Part shown: positions 24,660-37,211 of the stretch, in pieces
How positions within the stretch are numbered: the first letter of the stretch is position 1
Layout of the letters: every line of letters starts with the position of its first letter
Assembly (NCBI RefSeq): GCF_001447785.1
Contig: NW_015167533.1
Coordinates: 1,494,717-1,558,716, forward strand
DNA length: 64,000 bases
Source: Gekko japonicus
Taxonomy: Eukaryota
Reading direction: 5' to 3'
Made by a program: the position numbers and the translations under genes
Notes under the pieces: generated by a model
Told to the model about the DNA's origin: nothing
What the model saw: only the letters and a program-made list of their open reading frames with translations
Databases searched by the model: none

Positions 24660-25513
24660 TGTGACAACTGATGTGTTTAACCTTTCACCAGTATGATCAC
24701 TGTACTCTTTCCTTTAGAGGGACTCAGTAATCCAGACTATTCAGCCCCAGTTATCTGTGCTATTAGACTGTTCACACAGAGCTATAGAGGTCTGCTTCCT
24801 CCCCAGAGCTCCTCAGTTATTTGACCGCTCTCTGCTAACTCCACTGATCAACCCCCCTCCAACTGTCAGCTCCCAATTGTCAGTTAGGTCCGTTTTCTGT
24901 CACTCATGGAGTGCTCCAGCCAAAAGGCCCCCTCCCCTCTTGGTCATGTGACTCAGCAGGGATCTATCTCAAAATTCTGCTGGTCCCAGATTTTCATTTC
25001 CATCACACACTGCCACCACTCTGGTTCCAGGCCCCCTTGAGAAGTCCTAGAGCACCCTCCCAACACCTTCTGACCTCCCTTTTGGCCAAATAATAGGCAG
25101 GAGGATCAGGCAGAGTGTACAATGGAAATAGTTTATTTTATAGGAGGTCAAACAACAAGGTGCAGAAGAATAACAGTAAGTGGGTGAAAAGAAAAGAAAT
25201 CAAATGCCCTAACACGTCTAAATATATACTGTCCCTAGCTCACTACTCCAAGTGGCACTAGACTACTCACCCTTCCCTCAGGATGAGGGTCTCTTCCCCA
25301 CAGCAACCTCTCCTCGCCCTGTTCCCTGGGAAGAAGAAGAACATTTTCTGCTGCACCAGATGTTTTATTCCAAGCCCTCCTCTTTTCCTGTTGGTCAGTT
25401 TTGGCTCCAAAACCTCTCAGGGGCTTCTGGGAGTTGTAGGCCCAGCCTCACCTACTGCTGGCCAGGCTCCCTGGGCCTACTAGGTCTCTGGTGGCACAGC
25501 CCAGATCATGACA
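24660..25513. mobile_element. Possible LTR-like insertion, absent from the B copy
   Basis: TGTGACA...CATGACA termini within a ~1.2 kb block absent from the paralogous B flank. No clean TSD. Confidence 0.4.
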
Positions 25514-27345
25514 ACCCCATCTATGGTTTTCCTTTCCACAGCACATATGCATCCAGTAATGAACCAGTGGTACTAATTTCAGCATCGTTGGGAGCCTCAC
25601 TTGGTATTAAGTTTTATTTTTATCGTTGTTTTATTGTGATTTCTTGTCTCATTAGTGCAACTTTTATTGCAGGTGCCTTCGATCTTGCTTTGTGGAAGAC
25701 ACGGAGAGTAAATAAATAAATGTTGCATTTTTTGATTTTTTTGTTGTTGCTAAAAGATTGTCCAGTTCAGGAGACCCTGGAGCTAATTCATCTCCAATTG
25801 AAGGATATTTGCTAATGGATAATAATCCAGGAAGGCTTTCTTCATGAGGCATTTACAGAAAAATGTTGCTAACAGATAAGAAAAGCAGTAGAAAATAGAA
25901 ATATCTGCAAACAGTGCTGGAAAATAAAGAATTTGAAATCAAAACTTTGTACTCAATTAATTGTTTATTTCAATACAAAATCAGCTTTGAAAATCCAGCA
26001 ATTATAACAAGAGAAGAAATTGGGGGGAGGGATAAAATAAAGGGATAAAACTGTAAGGGGACCATGCAGTGCAACGGGGATCTAACATTGAGCACAAATT
26101 GTGGAGTGGCAAAGAGATACTTTCCGATGACAGAGAGGCAATTTCTGGACTTCAAGCAGGCATCTTCATATTCCACACACCTTAAGGCAAAAATTCACAA
26201 CTTTATTAGTTGACTCCTGGGAAACATCTGCAGGAAGGAGAGAGATATATAGCTGTTCAGATCTTCCTGGTAAAATTGACAGAATTGGAGCTATATATTG
26301 TGAATGGATGTCATTGTAAAATGGGCAGTGCAGCAGAATGTGTTGAATACTCTACTTTCCCTGCATTACATGGGCAGAGCCATTGAGAGTGTAGGACACA
26401 ATGGGATCTGCCTTTCAGGAGTGCCGAGGGTAGTATGTTAAAGTATGTGAGAGTAAAGATTCTCTGATAGTTGGAGATTGTGATGGATCTGAGGTAATCT
26501 CCTGGTTGAAAGCATTTAGTATATCGGAGAATAATTGGATATTTCCATGTCTATGTTCTGTCCAATTGTAGAGCTTGATCCCAGAGATACTGTTGCATTA
26601 ACTTTTTGGTGCCGAAGGCTCAGTAAGACTTTGGTGGGGGGAGGCTAGTCTCTTGGAGTTTTCCTCTTTGCAGTTTGCCAATCTGATCAGTGGCTATCAT
26701 CAAGGGTCAAGAGGGCTAGGCCCCATGGATCAAAGGCAAGTTTTAACCACTAGGTGGCTGCAATGAGCCACATATGGGTCTCCAAGGAGATCATAGCAAA
26801 CTTTAATCTAAGGAAGGCATTTGGGATGCATTGCGGGACTCCAAGGACTGATCACAAGAACTTGAATTGTGCTGCTTCCAGTGAGCATCTGTCTTTAAAG
26901 AAAGAGTTGAGAGCCATATAGGAGCTGAATACAACCTTTCCTTGGAATACCTTGATTGCTGCAGGGTCAAAAAAAGCTCGTTTTGTAAAGTAGAATCTGA
27001 ATGGCAGAGGATGCAGGGCTGACTCTGAACATGTGCCAAGGGCAGAGTTTCCCAGTCACTCCTGCCTTCCCTTCTTCATCAGTGAGTGACAACCGGCAGG
27101 TTTTTGAAACACAGTCTGCTCCCTTAAACAAGCAATATTTTATTACAAGCAGATTATCACACTAGATGACAGGACAAGGGAAAATGGATTTCATATCTAC
27201 TAGCGTCAGCAGACATAACAAAAAAAATGGAAATCATATTTCTAAACTGATGTTAACAATGCTGACAACCTCCACATCTCCCTCCATGAATTTTTGTGGC
27301 GCAAATGATGATTCTTCCCCCCCCCCCATTATGCAGGGAAATAAA

Positions 27346-27810
27346 CAAAAGTCCGCATGGTCAAAGCAATGGTATTCCCAGTAGTCATGTATGGCTGCGA
27401 GAGTTGGACTATATGGAAGGCCGAGCGCCGAAGAATAGATTCTTTTGAACTATGGTGCTGGAGAAGACTCTTGAGAGTCCCTTGGACTGCAAGAAGATCA
27501 AATCAGTCAATCCTAAAAGAAATCAACCCTGACCGTTCCCTGGAAGGCCAGCTAATGAAACTGAAGCTCAAATACTTTGGCCACCAAATGAGAAGGGAAC
27601 ACTCACTGGAGAAGACCCTGATGCTGGGAAAGATTGAAGGTCAAAGAAGACGGGGACGGCAAAGGATGAGATGGTTAGACAGTGTCATTGATGCAACGAA
27701 CATGAAATTGAACCAACTTCAGAGGACGGCGGAAGACAGGAGGGCCTGGCGGGAGCTGGTCCATGGGGGCGCGAAGAGTCGGACTCGACTGTGCGACTGA
27801 ACAACAACAA
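27346..27810 (+). mobile_element. RTE/BovB LINE 3' fragment
   Basis: VKAMVFPVVMYGCESWTI..FELWCWRRLLRVPWTARRSNQSIL..RTRL, with a (CAA)n tail. Confidence 0.95.
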
Positions 27811-29002
27811 AACTGGATGTGCAGATCATCTAAACCCTCCCTGCTTTAACTGTCTGAAAGTTCCTTAACAAATCCAGAATTACAGAGTCCTCTCCCTCAT
27901 GGGATGGTGAACTCTATCTCCAAGGGGGCAGGGCTGGGTGCTTATGTAGTCAGTGGCAGGCTGCTCAGAAGCATGGGATGCTAATCTCATGGACTGAGGT
28001 GGTGCCAGCTTAAAATAAAGCAAGGGATTGTGGGCTGAGATGTGTCTCAATTTCAACCCCCATCTGATATTCTGGACTGATGGCATCACTGAAACTCAGG
28101 GGCATGGTGTAATGGAGAAATCCCAATTGCTTTCACCTATGCATTCCAACTTCGATGGTGACCCAAAATGGAGAACTAGGTCTTCAGAACTTTAGCTTTC
28201 TTGTGGGAAGTTCTGTCCGTTATTGGAAATAAGTACTTGTGAGACATGTGCCCTGTTAGTTTTCAGCTTGAAGCAGCACATTGAGGTTCCTAATCACAGA
28301 TAGCTTTCATTCACGAGAAAGCTATGGTAGGATAGAGCACCCAGCTACCAATAAATCTACTCTGGGCTAAAAAGTCTAACTTTGGATTGCCTTATAATTC
28401 TAGCTTTTATGGAGCCCTTATTTCAAGGATTTCTCTGCATTTCCTCCAGGTGATTCACTGTCCTACCATCATGGCCAGAAGTTGTCCACTTTTGACCATG
28501 ATCAGGACCTTTATGTGTAGAACTGCGCAGCCCCACCCTTGGGCACTTTGTGGTTCAAGAGCTGTCATTTGTCCAACCTTAATGGCTTCTACCTTGGTGG
28601 GGGTCAATGACATTAACTTGGCTGCTTGGAAAGGCTCTACTATATCCTAAAGAAAAGTGAGATGAAAACACACAGCTTCTGAGACCCAAGATGACCAGTG
28701 ATCTGTTGCCATTCTGGCACTTGGTCACTGCAATGACGATGTAGGTTGGCTGCCCAATTCATTTTAAAAATTGATTATATTGTGAAGAGAGTTCAGAATC
28801 TGGGATTGGTTTAGTGGGGAACTGGGGTACAATGGGACAATTGTTTGTGCAAACAAATCTAAACCAGTTTCCTGCTTGTTTACCCTGTCATGTCATGGCT
28901 ACAAAATATCTCACAAATTTTGTACCACTCTCACAAAAATACTGTGGACTGTCAATACAGTCTGAGACCTATGTCTATAATGAAAATAGGTTGTATTTGT
29001 AG

Positions 29003-29272
29003 TAGTTTGGTGTAGTGGTTAGGAAACCAGACTCCAGTCTGGGAGAACCAGGTTTGATTCCCCCCTCCTCCACATGCAGCTGCTGATGTGATCTTGGGCC
29101 ATAGTCATAAATTCTTTTTGAGCTGTTCTCTCAAGAGCAGTGCTCAAAAGAGCTCTCTCAGCCCCACCTACCTCACAGGTTGTCTGTTTTGGGGACAGGA
29201 AGGGAAGGAGATTGTAAGCTGCTATAAGCCTTCTTTGGGTAGTGAAGGGCGGGATATAAATCCCATCTCTTC
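29003..29272 (+). mobile_element. Squam3/CORE-like SINE
   Basis: Same family consensus. Confidence 0.78.
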
Positions 29273-31190
29273 TTTGTCATTTTAGTTAGGGCCAGGATTG
29301 ATGGTTTCTAGTACAGTTGGCTAGACTAGCAAGATGCAAACTAAAAAAAATTTCAGAAAAATCTCCATTGCTTGGTACCCCTTATTTTTTTATGTTTTAA
29401 AATGGCCCATTATCTGAAACCATTATGGATTAGAAAGTTACTCTTCCCCAAGTGCCATTTAAAAAGGGTTTAAAAATGAGACAGCTCCTGCCTTTCCCTC
29501 ATGTTCCTCCACTGGGTCATAAGCCTAAATTACTATCTGCACCAGGGTGGGGCAGTTTGGTCACTTAAGTCAAAGAAAAGGAATATACACTACTTGAGAG
29601 CAACACAACGACTGAGGGAAACTAAAAGGTTTTGGCTGAAAAAACTGCCTGTGAGTTGGGAAGTGACTGGGACCTGTCATCAACCCACTTACTCAAGGAT
29701 AATCTCTTTCCATATGAAGAAGAAGAAGAGGAGGAGGAGGAGGAGGAGGAGGAGGAGGAGGAAGAGGAGGAGGAAATTGGATTGATATATATGTTCATGT
29801 GTGCCAACTATTTTCAGCCACCTACTGGCTTTTCCTTCACAAGATATCCCACATTACCAGCAAGACCCTGTTACTGTTCTATTCTAGCTTTTATACAGAC
29901 GTTTGGAATGCTTTGGAAGTGAGAAGGTGCCATCACTAGAAAGCTTCAGATATGTATTGCAGAACCATTCCATTTTCTAGGGCTTTTAGTAGTGCATAAA
30001 CTGCAGGAACGTTTTAGGGAGCATTATTTGGGATTTTACTTTGTAGGTCCCAGCTTCCTTCAGCCATATTTTCTTCTGGAATTCCAGTGGGAACCCCAAC
30101 TTTGATCATTATCTTCCCCTTCAATAAGAAAAGGGCCATTATTTAATTTGCCACTTGACCAAATCCCTATGGACTTTCAGTGTGTTCCTATAAAACTAAT
30201 TACAGGGATGGTGAAAGTTGGTCCAAATATGCCTCATCACAACTACAAATGAGACCAGTGACTACAAATAGGCTAGACTAGATCCATCAGTCTGATCCCT
30301 GAGAATTTACATTTGAAAATTTGGGCTTCAGTTTTATCAGCAGAATGTAAATTCCTATCAGGCTGTTGTAATCCTCAGAGGTCTGGTGACAGTGCCTGTC
30401 GACAGTAAAACCAGGGCCTGTATTTAAGGAAGATGGAGGTATTTGTGTTATTACAGCTGCTCCTGCTTTATCACAAAGTATTTAATGCTCACATTGTGAA
30501 GTGTAGGATTAGAAACCTAGAACCACCCATCCAAGAGTATCAGCAATCAGGAGACCTCTTTGTTGGTGCTATTGCTTCTCAGAGTTTCAACATCAATCCC
30601 ATAGAATTCACTGAATACCCCCGATTTGCATTGGCGGATGAGCTCGCGTAAGCATTAATGATCTCTAAGTTAATTTTTACATTTCCTTTTCAGCTCCCTG
30701 GGTGTTCGGTTTTGGCAGCAATGGCCCATTACCATTCTAAAAATTAATCAAATGCCTTTGAGTTAATACACTGTGGTTTCCTTTGTCTGCTTGAGTTCTT
30801 CTTGTGGCTACTCTTATGTCCATTTCTGCCCTGATTTCCTTCTGCCTGCCTTCCTGTTACCACAGAAGGACATGTGAACCTGCCTTCTATCAGGTCAGGT
30901 TAGTGCTTCACAAAACACAATATTCTCGTCTCTTTCTGGCAGCAGATTCCCATGGTTTGCAGCGAGGAAGGTTCCTTACCAACACTGTTTCCTTGTGATC
31001 CTTTAAGTGGTTGTAGCAGAGATGGAATCTGGGACTTTCTGTATGCAAAGTGCTCTGCAGCTGAGTTGAAAGCCGTCCCCATGGGCTTTCCAATCTCTAG
31101 GATAGGTAGTGGTTTCCACTATTAGTAAATTCATTTTGAACAGTCTTTCTTTTGCACATATTCCTGGATGCATAACTAGGAAGCATGTTT

Positions 31191-31512
31191 CAGATCTTTC
31201 CTGAGGCTGAATGAGGTTGTTAAATGATGCAATAACATCTCAGGTTCTGGAAGCTCGGGCAGGGGTTCATATGAATGTTCCTTGGAGCTTCTCAAAAGAA
31301 GGGCAGTATACAAAAGACAATGCTTTTTAAAGTTGGTGCTATCCTTGTATCTCAGATCTTTCCTGAGGCTGAATGAGGTTGTTAAATGATGCAATAACAT
31401 CTCAGGTTCTGGAAGCTCGGGCAGGGGTTCATATGAATGTTCCTTGGAGCTTCTCAAAAGAAGAGCAGTATACAAAAGACAATGCTTTTTAAAGTTGGTG
31501 CTATCCTTGTAT
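31191..31512. repeat. 162-bp tandem duplication in V2R-B intron 1
   Basis: CAGATCTTTCCTGAGG starts at 31191 and again at 31353. Confidence 0.9.
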
Positions 31513-34160
31513 CAATCATATCGTGGCTCAATTGGTGTAAAATATCTTTCTGATACAGCTCCTCAAAAGAAGGGCAGCATACATAAGACATGCTTTTTAA
31601 AGTTTGTGCTATCCTTGTATCATTCATATCATGGCTAAAACAGAAGTCCTTTATAAATGATAATAAATAGCAATAAATATAATAAATGTATAATCATAAA
31701 GAATAAATGAAAATGGCGCAGAATACAATGCAATGGATGTAAAATATCTTTCTGATACAGCGTTCAATGCAATTCTCATTCCAGTACCATACCTAAGCAT
31801 TACCAGCACATGCTGGCCTTGGAATACGCTGTAAAGGAGATCAATGAAAATCCAGCAATCTTACCCAATGTCACCTTGGGCTTTCAAATCTACGACAGCT
31901 ATTTCAGTGCTAAGCCGACTTATCATGCCATAATTCAACTGATGTCCACTCCAAAGTTGTCTGTTCCTAACTTCAAATGTGACGTCCAGAATAATCTGCT
32001 AGCCATCATAGGGGGATTGGACTCCAAGACCTCTCTCGATGTGGCAGCAATGCTGGGCATCTATAAGATTCCACAGGTAAGGTGGAAAAGTGTATGGGCA
32101 TTTAACCCTTCTCTTATTCTTCCAGAATCATTTATCGGGTGGAAGAAGAAAATAAATGCATATATGTATTTATGATGGCTGAGTGTATGGGGGTTTGACA
32201 CTTTTTATAACATTCTGTTTATTCCTCCAGAATTAATTATTCAGTTGAAGAAAACAAAGCATTTAAAATATAGTTACATAGATGTTTTTTTCTCAACTGC
32301 TTTGTCTGTTATTGCATGGGAAAGCAGCACATTATTATTTATTCCCATTCCAAAATCTTTAGCTGATGTACGGTTTTGCTCCACTGATGAAGGATAAAAA
32401 TCCAGGACTCTCCTTCTACCAGATGTACCCTAATGAAGCCCTCCAGCATGCAGGGATTCTCTCCTTACTACTGCACTTCAAATGGACGTGGATTGGGGTC
32501 CTTGTTATGGATGATGACATGGGAGAAAGCATTGTGCGGACTGTACTTCCACTGTTTTCCAAGCATGGTGTCTGTTTTGCCTTCATACGTAGAGGGAACA
32601 CATCCTATGTTGGCTTCATTTAGCATGCTTTTCAAGAGCTTTCAAGCATTAGGGCTTTTATTCGCATGCATTTATCTTCAGATTCTGTTTAACTATTCCC
32701 TTCATTTTTTTTTTTTTGTAAAGTTCCCTCTTTTGAACTCAAAAGTTACTGTTTGGGACTTTGGGGTAACCTTCCAGAGACATGAATGTTGACCTTAATA
32801 GCATTGTGGTCTCTGTTTCTAACTGATGCAAAACATGTACATTCTCACCAAGTCAGAACCAAGTCCAGGATCACTACCCCTGTGGGTGGCTCTGTGACCA
32901 ACTGTTCCAGTGTACAGTCATTCATAATGTCTAGAAATCTCATTTCTGCAGCCTGATTTGAGCACGTTTATCCAGTCAATGTGAGGGTAGTTAAAGTCTC
33001 ACAGTATCACAACATTATCTGCTTTAGACACCTCTCTTATTCAAGGGCAGTTCTCGGGAGAGCTGTCTCAGCCCCACCTACTTCACAGAGGGTCTGCTGT
33101 GGGAGGGGGGGGGAAAGAGATTGTAAACCACTCTGATACTCCTCTGGGTAGTGTAGAGCAGGGTGTAAATCCAGTCTCCTCCTCCTCATTCTGCATTTCA
33201 ACATCAGCCTCAAGGTTTTGATCAGGTTTTGATTTGGGCAGTAGTACACCTCTATTTTTAAGTAAACCTTAAGGCCCAGTATTTCCACCCATATAACTCC
33301 TGTTCATCCCCATAATGTTTTCTAACTTATTTGAGTCTATGTCATGTTTGACCTCCACAAACACATCCCTTCTTGGCTCAGAGGTTTATGGCATAGGTGT
33401 CTAGCTATAACACACTGCTGCCTTCATAAATGTAATTCTGAAAGATCCAATATATCAAAGTCCAATTGCTGCATTTCTAAAATCTTGCTTTTCCACCTAG
33501 CTCCACTATTTCCTTAGAAATATTGAATTTAACAACAGTGCTGGGGAAAAAATTTCATTGAACGAGAACGGGGAGTTAATAGCTGGATTTGACATTGAGA
33601 ACTGGATTATTTCCTCAAACCAATCCTTTCACAGAGTGAAACTTGGCAGGATGGATCTCCAGGATCCCCATGTTCATTTCCAACAAGCATTCACCATCAA
33701 TGATAAAGACATCACATGGCCAGACTGGTTTAACCAGGTAGGATCCAGTGGCCCAAAGTTCAAAGCATCTTTTAGTTATGAATTAGCATTGAATTGCAGA
33801 CCTTTCACACTGGTGAAAAAGGGACAGACAGGTCCCCTTTGACCACCCCCAAAAGCTATTAGGGGCTTCATGGGACCTGTCTGAAAAAAGCCATATGGCA
33901 CCAGAATGATAGTAATGAGGAGAACTGGGTGAGAATGAGTGAAAAAGCCCACTTGATGCCTCATTTGTTGTACAAAGAAATTTTACTGGACTGTAGCGAG
34001 CAACTAGAAAACAGTAATTGGCTGTTAGAAAACAATATTTGGTTTAATTAAGAACATAAGAACATAAGAGACGCCAATGTTGGATCAGGCCAAAGGCCCA
34101 TCCAGTCCAACACTCTGTGTCACACAGTGGCCAGAAATACCAGGTGCCATCAGGAGGTCC

Positions 34161-34243
34161 NNNNNNNNNNNNNNNNNNNNNNNNNNNNNNNNNNNNNNNN
34201 NNNNNNNNNNNNNNNNNNNNNNNNNNNNNNNNNNNNNNNNNNN
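34161..34243. other. Assembly gap (N run)
   Basis: Run of N, with a CR1 3' end (minus strand, ~34050-34160) on its left. Confidence 0.99.
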
Positions 34244-36294
34244 TGACCACCCCCAAAAAGCTATTAGGGGCTTGATGGTAACTGTGTGAACAAAAGCCAT
34301 ATGGCACCAGAACGATAGCAATGAGGAGAACTGGGTGAGAATGAGTGAAAAAGCTCACTTGATGCCTCCTTTGTTGTGCAAAGAAATTTCACTGGACCGT
34401 AGCGAGCAACTAGAAAACAGTAATGGGCTGTTATAAAACAATATTTGGTTTAATTTGGTGGGAACTGATAGAGCAACGGAAGTTCCAGTCTTTTCTTCTG
34501 GAACATCTGTGTATTTTAATTAGGTCTTTATTATTTGGAATAGTTAGATGATTAACTCATATGAACATTACTGTTTATTTCATATTAGTTAATTTATTTA
34601 AACAGTTATATCTTGCCATTCCTTGTGGTTCAAGGCAGCTTGTGACAAAAATAAAAAAAACAAGATAATAAATAATTAACCTACATAAAATAATTGATTA
34701 ATTATTTTTACTCGGGACAACATAGATTATCCAAGCATTTCCATTCTTACTGATGCATCACAGGATGAAACCACAGAATGTTTTGTTCACCACTCACTCT
34801 TAAGCAGAAACTTAGTGATTCCAGTGATGTAACAGATGAGGATTCAGTAATTTGTCATTGACCATGTACAGCTTTTTAAATTATCACCTTATAATGGAAA
34901 CATTATTGCTTGTTATGCGTACTTCATAAATAGTTTATGAATTGATAGGTAGCCCAACCAACATGATTCCAGCATTTCAAATATGACTGTGGTGGAATAG
35001 TAGGTAGTTGTGCATTAGTGTATCTTAAACAAATGAACACATGGAAGAACAAATTCCTGTCTAAACAATCCCTCTAATCTGTCCTTTGCTCATTAGACAC
35101 AGCCAAGTTCTGTATGTAGTAAGAATTGCTATCCTGGCTATAGCAAGATAGTGAAGGAGGGGGAACCGTTTTGTTGTTATAAATGCCTGCGATGTCCGTA
35201 TGGAATGATCTCGGACCAAAAGGGTAAGAAATATATTTATTTATTGTTGTTATGTATGAAATAAACCCCAACTCATATATCTCCCTAGAATTAAATAGTC
35301 ATGGAAACAACATGACTCTCAGAAGAACAAAAAAAGGGGAAGTAGCATCCTCAGTTTACTAGGGGAAAATTTCATTTTTCTTTCATTTCCCCCCAATATA
35401 TACGATACAGCACTTAATATCGAGTAACCCTTTCCCTCCTATAAACCCACTCTCTTCCTTGGCCCTAAACAGTGTAGGTGAGACAGGGAGGGATAAACAT
35501 GATGGAAGAGAGAAACCAAGAAATAAACCAAAAAAAGAAGAATTAATGGGGGATGAGGAGGCTAACCTAATTTAAATAGATGAAATATGTTTCATGTTTC
35601 ACAAACTTCTAAAAATTTAGCCCCAATACCATTACATTTTGCGCCTATACCCTATCTATTAAAAGCACTTTTTCCATTCCCTGCCAAAAATGATTTTGTG
35701 CTTCCTCGAGGGACACTGTTTGTTATATAGACTCAGACCGGAAAGGTATGAACAATGTAAATATCATGGCTACCTTATTCAGGTTTTGAACTTCGATTGA
35801 AAGTTCCATGGGGATGGAGTGGGTGAAAGCTGCTAAGAAGCAGGTAATCTGATGATAATTCAGTCACCGTAGACCCTATCCTGATGACATAATGGTGGAC
35901 ATTTCTACTGATGCAATTTAAGCACCACTGTGTAGTTCAATATGGTGTCTCTTTGAAAGCTGGTTAGAATCTAGGATGGAAAAGGTGGACTAATTCCTTG
36001 AATAGGGTAGAACACTAGACACAATTAAGTGGGGCTCTTTGATCTCTGTTTCTTTTGTCATTACTACTTTTGTTTACAAAGTTTTAACTTGATCAGGCTG
36101 TGAAAGATCGCTGTGTAATACATGACTATTCTTATCCTCACATCTCTGCTACAGTTCAGAGGACCAATACTGAACAAAGCTTTCCGTTCTTTGAGTGAAA
36201 AACCTTGAAACTGCATAAAGAATAGCGAACAAATTTTCATATGAGTTATGAGAATTCGCTTAAGTATGCATAAAAAACACCTTTTCATTTTCAG

Positions 36295-37211
36295 ACCTTG
36301 ATGATTGCTATCAGTGTTCAGAGGAAAAGTATCCGAGCAAAAACCAGGATTTGTGTATTCCCAAGAACATCAGCTTTCTTTCGTACGAAGAACTGTTGGG
36401 GATGAGTTTAGCTTTTTTAGCTCTTTCGTTCTCCATGATCACTTCTCTGATTCTCAGAATATTTAAGAAATTTCAAAGTACTCCCATCGTCAAAGCCAAC
36501 AATCGGAGCCTCACCTACATTCTTCTCATCTCTCTTCTGCTCTGCTTCCTTTGCACTTTGCTGTTCATTGGCCGCCCAGAGAACGTGACCTGTCTCCTCC
36601 GCCAAACTGCCTTCGGCACCATTTTTTCAGTGGCTATTTCTTGTGTGCTGGCCAAAACTATAACTGTGGTGCTGGCTTTCATGGCCACCAGGCCAGGATC
36701 CAGGAAGAGGAAATGGGTGCGTGAAAGTCTGGCCAATTCAACTGTGTTTTCCTGTTCCCTCATACAAGCGGGCATTTGTACTTTCTGGCTAGCCATGTCT
36801 CCTCCATTCCCGGATGCTGACATGCACTCTGTGACTGAAGAAATTGTCCTAGAATGTAATGAAGGGTCTGTGATCCTGTTTTGCTGTGTCTTGGCTTACA
36901 TGGGATTCCTGGCCCTTTTGAGCTTCACTGTGGCTTTCTTTGCTAGGAAACTCCCCGATGCTTTCAATGAAGCCAAATTCATCACCTTCAGCATGCTGGT
37001 CTTTTGCAGTGTGTGGTTATCCTTTGTTCCAGCCTACTTGAGCACAAAGGGAAAATACATGGTGGCTGTGGAGATCTTCTCTATCTTAGCTTCTAGTGCT
37101 GGGCTACTGAGTTTCATTTTTTTCCCTAAATGCTTTATAATTCTGTTGAGGCCTGAATTAAACAAAAGGGAAATATTAATAAGGGGCAACACACAAAGAT
37201 CACAAGTGTAA
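36295..37211 (+). CDS. V2R-B exon 6 (7TM), open frame
   Basis: ORF 36351-37211 retains all class C 7TM motifs. TCAG acceptor at 36291-36294. Confidence 0.8.

Larger units (their letters stand above)
12317..26885 (+). repeat. Segmental duplication unit 1 (contains V2R-A); unit 2 is 27944-38957
   Basis: Homologous 5' flank, introns and 3' flank. Confidence 0.88.
30433..37211 (+). pseudogene. V2R-B, paralog of A with exon 3 truncated by a deletion (exons 30433-30647, 31785-32076, 32363-~32593, 33501-33737, 35097-35223, 36295-37211)
   Basis: Exon 3 fuses at 32593/32594 to intron-3 sequence (A 19976) and reaches a stop ending at 32623. The other exons are open with canonical splice sites. Confidence 0.82.

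Noticed and set aside
31176-31475. ORF with a 54-aa internal repeat
   Set aside because: By-product of the 162-bp intronic tandem duplication.
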